Assembly (NCBI GenBank): GCA_965208755.1
Contig: OZ242353.1
Span: forward strand, 3,138,671-3,202,670
Direction of reading: 5' to 3'
Length of the DNA: 64,000 nt
DNA from: Candidatus Multivorans sp.
GTDB taxonomy: Bacteria > Acidobacteriota > Thermoanaerobaculia > Multivoradales > Multivoraceae
Positions within the stretch are counted from its first letter, which is position 1, and each line of letters opens with the position of its first letter. The notes beneath the pieces are model-generated. The model did no database searches, was not told the DNA's origin, and was given only the letters and a program-made list of their open reading frames with translations. Positions 1-8,540 of this stretch are shown here, piece after piece. Both the position numbers and the translations under genes were made by a program.

Positions 1-178
1 GCACACCGTCCACGATCTCCGGCTCCTGGAAGACGCGGAAGTCCTCGAAGAGCTGGAGCAGGTCGTCGTGGGTTCCTTGAGCGGCCTCCTCCGCGACCGG
101 AGGCGCCGGCGCGCAGGCGATCGCGAGGGCGAGCAGGGCGGTCAACGGAGCGGGACCAAGTTTGTGATGCCGCATCAT
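1..178 (-). CDS. Lipoprotein, N-terminal fragment (gene runs off the left edge)
   Basis: The reverse complement of 1-178 reads MMRHHKLGPAPLTALLALAIACAPAPP..., a signal peptide with a lipobox. AAGGAG lies 5 nt upstream of the ATG at 178. It is missing from the ORF track because it is truncated. Confidence 0.55.
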   Translation of the reverse strand, partial: MMRHHKLGPAPLTALLALAIACAPAPPVAEEAAQGTHDDLLQLFEDFRVFQEPEIVDGV

Positions 179-188
179 GAGGCTCCTT

Positions 189-1778
189 TCAGTCGGGATT
201 GTTGACGAGCGTGTAGTAGGCCTCCGGGTGAAGCAGCGGCTCGCCGTCGCCGCTGCGGACGCCGTGGAGATGGAGTTCGTGGACGTAACCCGCGCGCAGC
301 GGCTCGAGGGTCAGGCGGACGCTCATGCCGTCTTCGGCCACATCGGCCGAGCGAACGACGACCTCCGCTTCGTCTTCCTCGGGGCCGCCGTAGTTCTCGC
401 TCAGTCGATACGTGTAGCTCTCCATCCGGTAGGACGCAGGATCGCCCGCGGTTTCGGGATCGAGGGCCCTGGTGAACGTGAGTTCGAAGCCGTCCGGCCG
501 CGCCCGCATCTCGTGGACCTCGAACGGTGTGTCGCCGGTCCAGACGATCCGCTGCAGACCGTGGGCCTTCGGACCGATGCTGCCCCAGCCCCGCTCGGAC
601 AGGCCGGCGAAGAGCGAACCGTCGTCGGCGAACGAGAGGCGGATCACGCCACTGTCGAGGCCGCGCCGGAAGTTGAACGCGGCGCCCTGCCAGTGGCCGC
701 CGACCTTCTCCAGGAACACCCGCATCACCATCGCGTGGTGCTGGTCGCCGACGAAGACCTGGCCGGCGAAGGGTCCGAACCTGCCGCCGGTCGTGTCCCA
801 CTTGAGACCGGACGGCGACTGGCCCATCTTCACGTAGGGGAACCAGACCGAAGGCATGCGGAAGTTGGGGATCAGGTCGGGAAGGTCCTTCATGAAGGTC
901 CCGCCCTCGGGCTGGCCGTCGGGCGGCGGCTCGACCAAGGACTCGGGCAGCAGGGTCGAAGCCATGCCGTGCGGATGGCCGTGGAAGTCGCCGACCTCGA
1001 TCAGCGAGAGCTTCGAGGCGTTGTTCCACTCGCCCTGGTTGTCGGTGTAGAAGACATCGCCCCAGGGGCTGACCTCGACCCCGGCCGGGGAGCGGAGCCC
1101 CGCGGCCACGAACTCGGTGGCGCCGGTCGCCGGATCGACCCGGACCGCCCAGCCGCGCCAGTCGACCGGACCATACGGCTCGGCGCCGAACGGGATGTTG
1201 AGGGTGATCCAGAGCCTGCCGTCCGGCGTGAGCCGGGGTCCGAAGACGTACTCGTGGTAGTCGCCGCTGGTCTCCCAGGCGTCGGACACGGTCTCGAACA
1301 CGTCGGCCCGGTCGTCGCCGTCGGTGTCCCTGATTCGGGTCAGCTCGCCGCGCTGTGAGGTGTAGATCCAGCCGTCGAGCTCGAGCAGCCCGAGCGGTTG
1401 CCCAAGCCCGAAGGCGTACTGCCTGAAGACGGGCGCCGGCGGATCGCTGAACGCGTTCTCGACGATGAAGATCTCGCCGCGCCGGGTTGCCGCCATGATG
1501 CGGCCGTCGGAGAGCTGCAACAGGCCGCCGACCTCCATCGACATGCCTTCGGGCAGGGGCATCGTCAGCACGCGGTAGTACTGCTCCTCGGCGGCGGTTT
1601 GCGAACCGAGCGCTTCCCGCTGGCTGGCGAGCAGCGCCTTTTCCTGGTCTCGCCGGTCTTCTTCGTCGGGCGGTTCCTGGCTGAACGCCGGCAACGGGAG
1701 CAGGGCCGCGAGCAGCACCGCGCGCAGCGCGGCAGCGCCGACCTGGCCGGCCTTCGTTCGTTGGCAGCGAGGGAACAT
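189..1778 (-). CDS. Secreted beta-propeller dehydrogenase-like protein (glucose/sorbosone-dehydrogenase-like, planctomycete-type membrane-bound dehydrogenase family)
   Basis: This is the C-terminal 529 aa of track ORF 189..2732. The ATG at 1776-1778 (MFPRCQRTK..., signal-like LLAALLPLPAFS) shares one base with the stop of the upstream gene (TGATG). The Arg/Pro-rich part of the track ORF upstream is out-of-frame reading of gene 1778..4756. The family call rests on motif resemblance only (GDVFYTDNQGEW, HGHPHG). Confidence 0.75.
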   Translation of the reverse strand: MFPRCQRTKAGQVGAAALRAVLLAALLPLPAFSQEPPDEEDRRDQEKALLASQREALGSQTAAEEQYYRVLTMPLPEGMSMEVGGLLQLSDGRIMAATRRGEIFIVENAFSDPPAPVFRQYAFGLGQPLGLLELDGWIYTSQRGELTRIRDTDGDDRADVFETVSDAWETSGDYHEYVFGPRLTPDGRLWITLNIPFGAEPYGPVDWRGWAVRVDPATGATEFVAAGLRSPAGVEVSPWGDVFYTDNQGEWNNASKLSLIEVGDFHGHPHGMASTLLPESLVEPPPDGQPEGGTFMKDLPDLIPNFRMPSVWFPYVKMGQSPSGLKWDTTGGRFGPFAGQVFVGDQHHAMVMRVFLEKVGGHWQGAAFNFRRGLDSGVIRLSFADDGSLFAGLSERGWGSIGPKAHGLQRIVWTGDTPFEVHEMRARPDGFELTFTRALDPETAGDPASYRMESYTYRLSENYGGPEEDEAEVVVRSADVAEDGMSVRLTLEPLRAGYVHELHLHGVRSGDGEPLLHPEAYYTLVNNPD

Positions 1779-4756
1779 CACCAGGACAGGGTCACATCCA
1801 GTTCGAGGGTGCCGTGCGGTTCGAGCTCGATCCGCTGCAGAAGTTGCCGGACCCCCTGGGAGTCGCGGACGATCGGCGCGAGGTCCTCTTCGGAGGCGAG
1901 GGAGACGTCGAGCGTGCCGTCCACCGACCATGTGCGCTCCGGGCCGGGCACGATCTTCTCGCCCTCGGCCAGGAGCAGGAAGAGCGGGCGTGGCGCGGCG
2001 CCGGCGGCGAGCCGGAAGCGACGGACCAGGTTCGCGCCGCCCGCTCCCGGCAAGGGGATCGGCGCCTCCTCGATCACGACGTCTCCGAGCCGGTAGCGGA
2101 GGGACGGGCGCCCCAGATCGTCCAGCCGGTAGCCGAGGAAACGGCCGCCGATGTTCCGGTCGTAGCGGCCGGTCGCGGGCCACGGGCTGTCTATGTCGTC
2201 GAGATCGGCGAGGGCCGGACCCGCCGGCAGGTTGAGAACGTCCGTGCCGTACGGGCCGAAGAACTGGCCGGCCCGTCCCTGCCAGGTGCCCTTCGCGTCG
2301 AAGAAGGCGCCGCGCCAGACCTTCGCCAGGCGGACGGTGTTCGCGTCGAAGGCGGCGTGGACGTTCTCCGGGTAGGCGATCGCGATCGCCCTGGGGCCGA
2401 CGTCGATCATGTGCGTGCGGAAGACGAGCGGGCGCTGGTCCGGAACCAGGACCAGTTCGGAACCGATGTCCATGCCCTCCGGCGCCGGCATCGAGGCCCC
2501 GAGCGACAGGAAGCCCTGAATCGCCTCGATCTGGCCTTGCGTCGTGCCGCCGCCGAGGTCCGGGAAGTTCCCCTCGCCCTCCGGCCCGTAGGCGGGCATC
2601 CTCGTTCCCGGCCGGATCGCCGCCGGATCCCGCAGGAACCGCTCGACCCACCCGGGGCGCAGGCGGTCGTAGGCGGTCGCGAGGTCGATCGTGGAGATAC
2701 CGGGCGCCGGATGCACGTGGATGTCGTGGCATGTGACGCAGCCCATGCCACCCGTGCCGATCAGTTCGAGGCCATCCTCCGTGGCGGCGACGGAGAGAGG
2801 CGGCTCATCGAGATCGCCGGGCGACGCGTCGACCGCCTCCAGCGCGTCGGCCAGGCGCTCGGCCGCGCCGGCAGGAAAGCCGGGCATCCTGACTTCCATG
2901 AAGTCGCGCCGGACGTGCAGGTCGTCGCCTGTGAGGACGGAGCGCAGCGCCCCCGGCTTGAGCTTTCCGCCGACCCCGTGGAGGGGAGGCGGCAGCCGTC
3001 CCTCGTCTCCCAGATCCTGGTTGCCTGTGACCCGGAAGTGCCTGGCCCGGACCGGGTCGGGGCCGCCGACTTCCACCTCGCCGATCCGGCGCCGGTGGCA
3101 GGCGAAGCAGTTGAAGCTCGCCATGGTGAGGGTGATCTCGTCTTCGGGCCGGCGCTCGGGCGGCGGGTCCGCGAGCGTCGCGAGGGCCGCCCGGATGGCA
3201 TGCTTCTGGTGGCTGGCCAGCCGGTATCGCGGCGACGTTTCGCCGCCATGCATCGCGGGTTCGGCGAGCACCTGCTCCGGATCCAGGGTGTCGAGCGCCG
3301 GAGCCCTGGCGCGGGACACTGCGTAGGACCGGCCCCGCTCGGGATCGACGCCTGGCGAGCTGTGGCAAGAAGAGCAGCCGTAGCGTGCGAACAGGATGCT
3401 GCCGTCCTCTTCGTACCGCCGGTTGGGCGCGGCGGGGCCGTCCGCCGGCCGCAGGCGGACGCTCTCGTGGCTGGTCAGTTGGTAGAGCGGTGTGGACTCC
3501 GGCAGTGAGGTCCCGTCGAGCCGCACGTCGACGAAGGGTCGGCCGGTGCTGCCGCGAATGAAGTAGGTCACCTCCACGGGGTGGTCGCCGGCCTCCAGTT
3601 CGGCCGCGACCTCCGTTTCGCGGCGGCTGAAGGGGGGCTTGGTGGCGACGATCCCGTCGCCGATCCGCAGCGTGGAGCCCGATCGCCGGTCCGACGAGAG
3701 GGTGAATGTGTATGCGCCGGCGGCGGGCAGTCGCAACAGGCCGCTGAAGCGGAACGCATGGTTGCCGCTGTTCATCGGGATCGGCAGATCAAGGGAGAGG
3801 GTGGCGATGCGGCCGACACCGGCCGGGCGCAGCGCGTCGAGATCCGGCGCCGGGCGGAGGAAGAAGCCGGGTACGTCTTCGTCCTGTTCCGGATCCAGGT
3901 AGTAGTCGAACTCGAAGCCGCGGCGGCGTTCGGTGACCAGTGGTGTCTGGCCGCGCAGCAGGTAGACCGCGATGGCCTCGGCCTCCTCCCGCTCCAGGTG
4001 GAGCGGCGGCATGCGTCCGCCCGCCCGCGCGGCGCGCGGATCGAGCAGGAAGTCGGCCAGTGCCGCGACCGACGTCTTCGCGTTCAGATCGGGAAGCGGC
4101 GCGGAGGGGATCGCCGGTTCGCCTGCCGTGCCTTCCGGTGCGTGGCACGCGACGCAGCCGACCGAGTGGAAGAGACCCCGCCCCCGCTCGACAGTGGCCC
4201 GGAAACGGTGGACGGGGAAGTCTCCCAGGGCTTCCGCGGCGAGCGGCAACTCTGCCGATCCGCTGCGCTTCTCGTGATTCTCGGAGTCCGCTGACGTCGA
4301 CCCGCGGTGGGCGAGATAGCCGACGAGCGTGCGCACGGCGTCTTCCCGGTCGTCCGGCTCCAGTGAGTGGAGAACCTCGGGCATCGCCGAGCCCGGTTTC
4401 TGCGCGTGGGGCGCCATCAGGTAGTCCGTGAGCCAGCGGCCGGTGGCGCGCTCGGCGATGCGGTCGAGGTCGGGCGCCGTGTGCACGGGAATCCGCCGGG
4501 TCAGAGCCGGCGCCGCCTCGTGACAGGCGAGACAGTTCAGCTCGCCGAGCAGAAGCTCGCCGAGTTCTGCGTCGCTTGCAGCGCCGGCGAGGCGGAGGTG
4601 CTCGTAGCCGGTAACGACGGGCGGCGACGCGTTCGGGACCACCGCTTGCGCCCGTACCGGACCGCCAGGCGCCGAGGCCGCGATCACGATGAGGAGCAGC
4701 GCGGTCCGGAAGATCGCGCTAGAGCCGCAGTACTGCATTCGGTTGGTGCAGATCAC
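1778..4756 (-). CDS. Multihaem c-type cytochrome with a PA14-like domain
   Basis: 992-aa ORF with five CXXCH motifs (CLACH, CVACH, CSSCH, CFACH, CVTCH) and an N-terminal signal (ALLLIVIAASAPGG). It is coupled to the downstream dehydrogenase-like gene. The start is ambiguous: GTG at 4756 or ATG at 4738. Confidence 0.8.
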   Translation of the reverse strand: MICTNRMQYCGSSAIFRTALLLIVIAASAPGGPVRAQAVVPNASPPVVTGYEHLRLAGAASDAELGELLLGELNCLACHEAAPALTRRIPVHTAPDLDRIAERATGRWLTDYLMAPHAQKPGSAMPEVLHSLEPDDREDAVRTLVGYLAHRGSTSADSENHEKRSGSAELPLAAEALGDFPVHRFRATVERGRGLFHSVGCVACHAPEGTAGEPAIPSAPLPDLNAKTSVAALADFLLDPRAARAGGRMPPLHLEREEAEAIAVYLLRGQTPLVTERRRGFEFDYYLDPEQDEDVPGFFLRPAPDLDALRPAGVGRIATLSLDLPIPMNSGNHAFRFSGLLRLPAAGAYTFTLSSDRRSGSTLRIGDGIVATKPPFSRRETEVAAELEAGDHPVEVTYFIRGSTGRPFVDVRLDGTSLPESTPLYQLTSHESVRLRPADGPAAPNRRYEEDGSILFARYGCSSCHSSPGVDPERGRSYAVSRARAPALDTLDPEQVLAEPAMHGGETSPRYRLASHQKHAIRAALATLADPPPERRPEDEITLTMASFNCFACHRRRIGEVEVGGPDPVRARHFRVTGNQDLGDEGRLPPPLHGVGGKLKPGALRSVLTGDDLHVRRDFMEVRMPGFPAGAAERLADALEAVDASPGDLDEPPLSVAATEDGLELIGTGGMGCVTCHDIHVHPAPGISTIDLATAYDRLRPGWVERFLRDPAAIRPGTRMPAYGPEGEGNFPDLGGGTTQGQIEAIQGFLSLGASMPAPEGMDIGSELVLVPDQRPLVFRTHMIDVGPRAIAIAYPENVHAAFDANTVRLAKVWRGAFFDAKGTWQGRAGQFFGPYGTDVLNLPAGPALADLDDIDSPWPATGRYDRNIGGRFLGYRLDDLGRPSLRYRLGDVVIEEAPIPLPGAGGANLVRRFRLAAGAAPRPLFLLLAEGEKIVPGPERTWSVDGTLDVSLASEEDLAPIVRDSQGVRQLLQRIELEPHGTLELDVTLSW

Positions 4757-4787
4757 CCTACACGAGCGACGGCGCTAGGATCGATCA

Positions 4788-6491
4788 ATGAACGGCTCGG
4801 CCCGAGCCTTGGGTGTGTGCGTTCGATCGATCGCGGCCGCCCTCCTGCCCGTGGCCCTCCTGGCTTGCGCCCCCGCGCCCGACGGGCCGCCCGTGTCTCC
4901 GGCGGAAGCTGCCATCCCGCACCCGGAACTCGGGGAACTCGACCCGCCTCTCGCCCGTGAGCTCGAGGCCCGGCGCGCCGGCCTCGACGCGCTACTCGCG
5001 GACCAGGAAGCCAGCATCGCCGGGAAGGCCCAGGCCCTTGGCGAACTGGGCCGCCTCTACCAGGCCCACCGCCTGCTGGAACCGGCCCTCGCTTGCTACC
5101 GGGAAGCGCACGCGCTGGATCCGGAGTCGTTCGTCTGGGCCTACTACCTCGGCGTCCTGGCGGCCGGCGCCGGCGACATCGAAACCGCCCGCCCGGCGTT
5201 TCGCCGCGCCATCGAGCTGCGAGCGGCCGACGCGCCGACCCTTGTCCGGCTCGCCGACCTCGAACTCGAACATGGCCAGGTCGACGAGGCCGAACTCCTC
5301 TACGTCCGGGCCGCGGTGGTGGACGACTCGGCAGCCGTGGCCTATGGGATGGGGCGGGTCGCCGAAGAACGGGGTGAGTACGCGGAGGCCATCGAGCAGT
5401 TCCAGCGGGCGCTGATGCTCCAGCCGCGCGCCTCCGTCATCCACTACCACCTCGGTCAGGCCTACCGCGAACTGGGCGAGTTCGACCGGGCCGAGGAAGC
5501 GCTGGCGCGGAGCGGCCCGAGCCGCGTGGCGATGGTCGATCCGCTGATGCACGAGTTGACGACGCTCGCCATCGGCGCCCTGCCCCACCTCGACCGGGGC
5601 CATGCCGCTGCCCGCGAGGGTCGGCTGGCCGATGCGGAAGCCGCCTACCGGCAGGCGGTGGCGGCCGACGCGACGAACGTGCGCGCGCACGAGAGCCTGG
5701 CGACGCTGCTGGTTCGCCGGGGCGATCCGGAGGGAGCCATCGAGCACTTCGGCGTCGCGGTGCGGCTGGAGCCTGAGAACGCCCGGGCCCACTCGGACCT
5801 CGGCGTGCTGTTGGCTGATCTGGGACGAAACGACCGCGCACTGGAGCACCTCGGCCGGGCGGTCGAACTCGAACCCGGAAACGCCGAGGCCCGGTTGGGG
5901 CTCGGCGCGGTACTGGCGCAGACGGGCAGTTTCGAAGAGGCGGCGGTCGAACTGCAGGCGGCCTTGCGGCAGATCCCGGAAGACAGGCGGACGCCCCGGC
6001 TTCACTTCGGCCTAGCGGAAGCCCTGGTTCGCACCGGGCGGCTCGAGGAGGCGTTGCCGCACTACACGCGGGTCCGTGAGATCGATCCAGCCCAAAGCCT
6101 CGCCTGGCTGCGCGAGGCGACCGTGCTGATGGGTCTGGGGCGTTTCGCCGACGCCAGGGCGACGCTCGAAGCGCGGCTGCGAGTCGATGCGACGGACGGG
6201 CGGGCCGCTCACTCCCTGGCGAGACTGCTCGCCGGCGCTCCCGACCCGACCCTCCGCGACGGTCCGCGGGCCATGACCATCGCCGCTGCACTCCTCCAGG
6301 CCGACAACTCCGCGCCGAACGCCGAGACCGCCGCGATGGCGCTGGCCGAGGTGGGCCGCTTCGAGGAGGCGTCAGCATTCAGCGGACGCTGGTCGAGGAG
6401 GCGCGTCGACAAGGTCGCAGCGGCGAAGAGCGGCGTCTGGCCCGCAACCTCGAGCGGTACGAACGAAACGAAGCCTGCTGCGCCCGGGTAG
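4788..6491 (+). CDS. TPR-repeat lipoprotein (3' end probably frameshifted; the alternative frame ends at 6514)
   Basis: ATG with AGGA upstream, and a lipobox (LLAC). TPR-like helices run throughout. After ...AEVGRFEEA at about 6371 the annotated frame becomes non-TPR-like, while the -1 frame continues VSIQRTLVEEARRQG...LARNLERYERNEACC... Confidence 0.8.
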   Translation: MNGSARALGVCVRSIAAALLPVALLACAPAPDGPPVSPAEAAIPHPELGELDPPLARELEARRAGLDALLADQEASIAGKAQALGELGRLYQAHRLLEPALACYREAHALDPESFVWAYYLGVLAAGAGDIETARPAFRRAIELRAADAPTLVRLADLELEHGQVDEAELLYVRAAVVDDSAAVAYGMGRVAEERGEYAEAIEQFQRALMLQPRASVIHYHLGQAYRELGEFDRAEEALARSGPSRVAMVDPLMHELTTLAIGALPHLDRGHAAAREGRLADAEAAYRQAVAADATNVRAHESLATLLVRRGDPEGAIEHFGVAVRLEPENARAHSDLGVLLADLGRNDRALEHLGRAVELEPGNAEARLGLGAVLAQTGSFEEAAVELQAALRQIPEDRRTPRLHFGLAEALVRTGRLEEALPHYTRVREIDPAQSLAWLREATVLMGLGRFADARATLEARLRVDATDGRAAHSLARLLAGAPDPTLRDGPRAMTIAAALLQADNSAPNAETAAMALAEVGRFEEASAFSGRWSRRRVDKVAAAKSGVWPATSSGTNETKPAAPG

Positions 6492-6640
6492 CGGATGCGT
6501 TCCCGCCGTACTGAGCCCGGGTTAGTGTCCATAGCGACGTTGTGGGTGTCGCTTCAGCGACAGAAGGGCGATTGTCGTGTTCTCCGTCTGGAACCGTAGT
6601 ACCATCTGGCCCTTCAACTTCCAACCAGAGGAGCCTCACC

Positions 6641-6871
6641 GTGAGTGCAACCGAAGCTCGTATTCAAGAACTCGCCCGCCAACACCTCGACGTCGGAAGA
6701 GACCTGGATCTCGATGCCGGCCTGCTTTCCTCCGACATCTCGTCGCTCGACGCGGTGGCCTTCGTGAAGAAGGTCGGGGAAACGTTCGGGGTTGACGTTC
6801 CCCCCGAGGAGGTTGCCAACTGGAAGAACCTGCGGGACTTCGCCGCGTTTCTCGATTCCAGCGCCGGTTGA
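6641..6871 (+). CDS. Free-standing acyl carrier protein
   Basis: A GTG at 6641 is preceded by GAGGAG 8 nt upstream and is in frame with track ORF 6542..6871. It has the phosphopantetheine-site motif DISSLDAVAFV. Length is 76 aa. Confidence 0.8.
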   Translation: MSATEARIQELARQHLDVGRDLDLDAGLLSSDISSLDAVAFVKKVGETFGVDVPPEEVANWKNLRDFAAFLDSSAG

Positions 6872-7608
6872 GCACCGCGGGCTGCGGGGCCCGCACGATT
6901 CACAGGTCCGGTCGGGTCACCGTCGTGTACGTCGACCTGGGGCCTTCTTCGGCCCGGGAGCGAGAGGCCCTGACGTGGCTTGACGGAGCGGAGCAGGCCC
7001 GGCGGCGCCAGTTCGCGCGGTCCGGGCCGCGACGCGAGTTCACTCTCTGTCGCGCGGCGCTTCGAGCGCTGCTCTGCCGGGAGCTCGACTGCGGCAACGA
7101 AGATCTCTCCTTTGGCGCTTCCGATCATGGCAAGCCGTTCGCGCTGGTCGGAGGGCTTCCCGCGCCCGTCTCCTTCAACGTCAGCCACAGCGGCCGGCAT
7201 GGCCTGGTCGCGATCGCGCCGCGGGGGCGTATCGGCGTGGATGTGGAAGACCGGAAAGCGCGGCGCGACATTGACGACGACATCCGCCTCCTCTTCGCGC
7301 CCGGGGAACAGGCGGGACTCGCATCCGCCGAAGGGAACGGCAAGGTCGACCTGTTCTACAGCCTCTGGACCATGAAGGAAGCGCTGGTCAAGGCGGCCGG
7401 CGTCGGCCTGAGGATCGACACGACGAGCTTCGAGATTCCCGCGGCGATGAGTCGGGGCGCGACGAGTTGTCTCGTCCGCCTTCCCGTGGCGCCTTCGGTC
7501 AGGTGGCGGCTGGAGAATCTCGGCAACCGGCGCTACGCCGCGGCGCTCGCCGTGGAGGACCTGCCGGCTGCGGACGCCGCGGACGGTAGCGAGCCGCAGG
7601 TCGCATAG
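6868..7608 (+). CDS. 4'-phosphopantetheinyl transferase, Sfp type
   Basis: Motifs FNVSHSG, GVDVE and WTMKEALVKA are present. The TTG start overlaps the ACP stop (TTGA), so the exact start is uncertain. Confidence 0.8.
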   Translation: MSTAGCGARTIHRSGRVTVVYVDLGPSSAREREALTWLDGAEQARRRQFARSGPRREFTLCRAALRALLCRELDCGNEDLSFGASDHGKPFALVGGLPAPVSFNVSHSGRHGLVAIAPRGRIGVDVEDRKARRDIDDDIRLLFAPGEQAGLASAEGNGKVDLFYSLWTMKEALVKAAGVGLRIDTTSFEIPAAMSRGATSCLVRLPVAPSVRWRLENLGNRRYAAALAVEDLPAADAADGSEPQVA

Positions 7609-7631
7609 GCGGGAGCGGAGGCGGTAGCCCG

Positions 7632-8540
7632 TTGACTGTGTGGGAGGTACCCGAGCCCCTTGCCGTCGACGACGTGCGGCTCGACGAGGAGACGGTCACG
7701 ACGGTGCGGCGGCATGGCCGGCCGGACGCGCCCCTCCGCCTTGTTCTGAGTCATGGCAACGGCCTCGCCATCGACGCCTACTACCCGTTCTGGTCCCTCC
7801 TGGCAGACGAGTTCGACCTGATCGTCTACGACGTCCGGAATCACGGCTGGAATGCCGTCGGTGAACAGACGAACCACAACATCCCGACGATGATCCACGA
7901 TCATGACGTCCTCGCCGCGACCATCGCCGAGCTCTATGGCGACAAACCGACCGTCGGCGTCTTCCATTCGCTGACGACGATCGTCGCGATTCTCTCGTTC
8001 TCCGAGCCGTACTCGGGTCTGGTGCTCTTCGATCCGCCCTTCTGCAAGCCCGCCGCGAGCGAGGACGAGTTCGACGACGCCGCCGACCGCGCGACGGCGC
8101 TGACCCGGCGGCGGGCGGCCTACTTCCGGTCCGAAGAGGAGTTCTCGGACTTGCTCCGGTACTCCCCGGTGTATGCGCGGGTACTGCCGGGCGTGCGGGA
8201 ACTCGTGGCAAGTTCGACCCTCAGGAGGGCAGCGGACGGCCAGGGCCGCGAACTCCGCTGTCCGCGGGAGTTCGAAGCGCAGGTTTCGGAGTACGTGAGG
8301 AGCTTCGCTCCGCTGCTGGACCTCAACCTGCTTTCCTGCCCGACGAAGGTGATCGGGGCTGATCCGACGTTGCCGTATGCGTACCTGCCGAGCTTCGACC
8401 TGAAGAGCATCCGGAACGTGGACTACGACTTCATCGCGGACTCCAGCCACTTCCTGCAACTGGAGAAGCCGGCGGAATGCATCGCCATGCTCCGGGCTTT
8501 CCTGGGTCAGACCGGGCTCTTGGGTGGGTCCACCCAGTGA
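7632..8540 (+). CDS. Alpha/beta-fold hydrolase (candidate chain-release enzyme for the PKS)
   Basis: Motifs are HGNG (oxyanion), VGVFHSLTT (nucleophile-elbow-like, atypical) and a C-terminal SSHF. TTG start with GGAGG upstream. Its 3' end overlaps the PKS 3' end by 34 nt in convergent orientation. Confidence 0.7.
   Translation: MTVWEVPEPLAVDDVRLDEETVTTVRRHGRPDAPLRLVLSHGNGLAIDAYYPFWSLLADEFDLIVYDVRNHGWNAVGEQTNHNIPTMIHDHDVLAATIAELYGDKPTVGVFHSLTTIVAILSFSEPYSGLVLFDPPFCKPAASEDEFDDAADRATALTRRRAAYFRSEEEFSDLLRYSPVYARVLPGVRELVASSTLRRAADGQGRELRCPREFEAQVSEYVRSFAPLLDLNLLSCPTKVIGADPTLPYAYLPSFDLKSIRNVDYDFIADSSHFLQLEKPAECIAMLRAFLGQTGLLGGSTQ

Noticed and set aside
1779-2732. N-terminal 318 aa of track ORF 189..2732
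   Set aside because: This stretch overlaps the cytochrome c gene out of frame and is Arg/Pro-rich. The plausible start is the ATG at 1778, which gives a signal peptide and overlaps the upstream stop.
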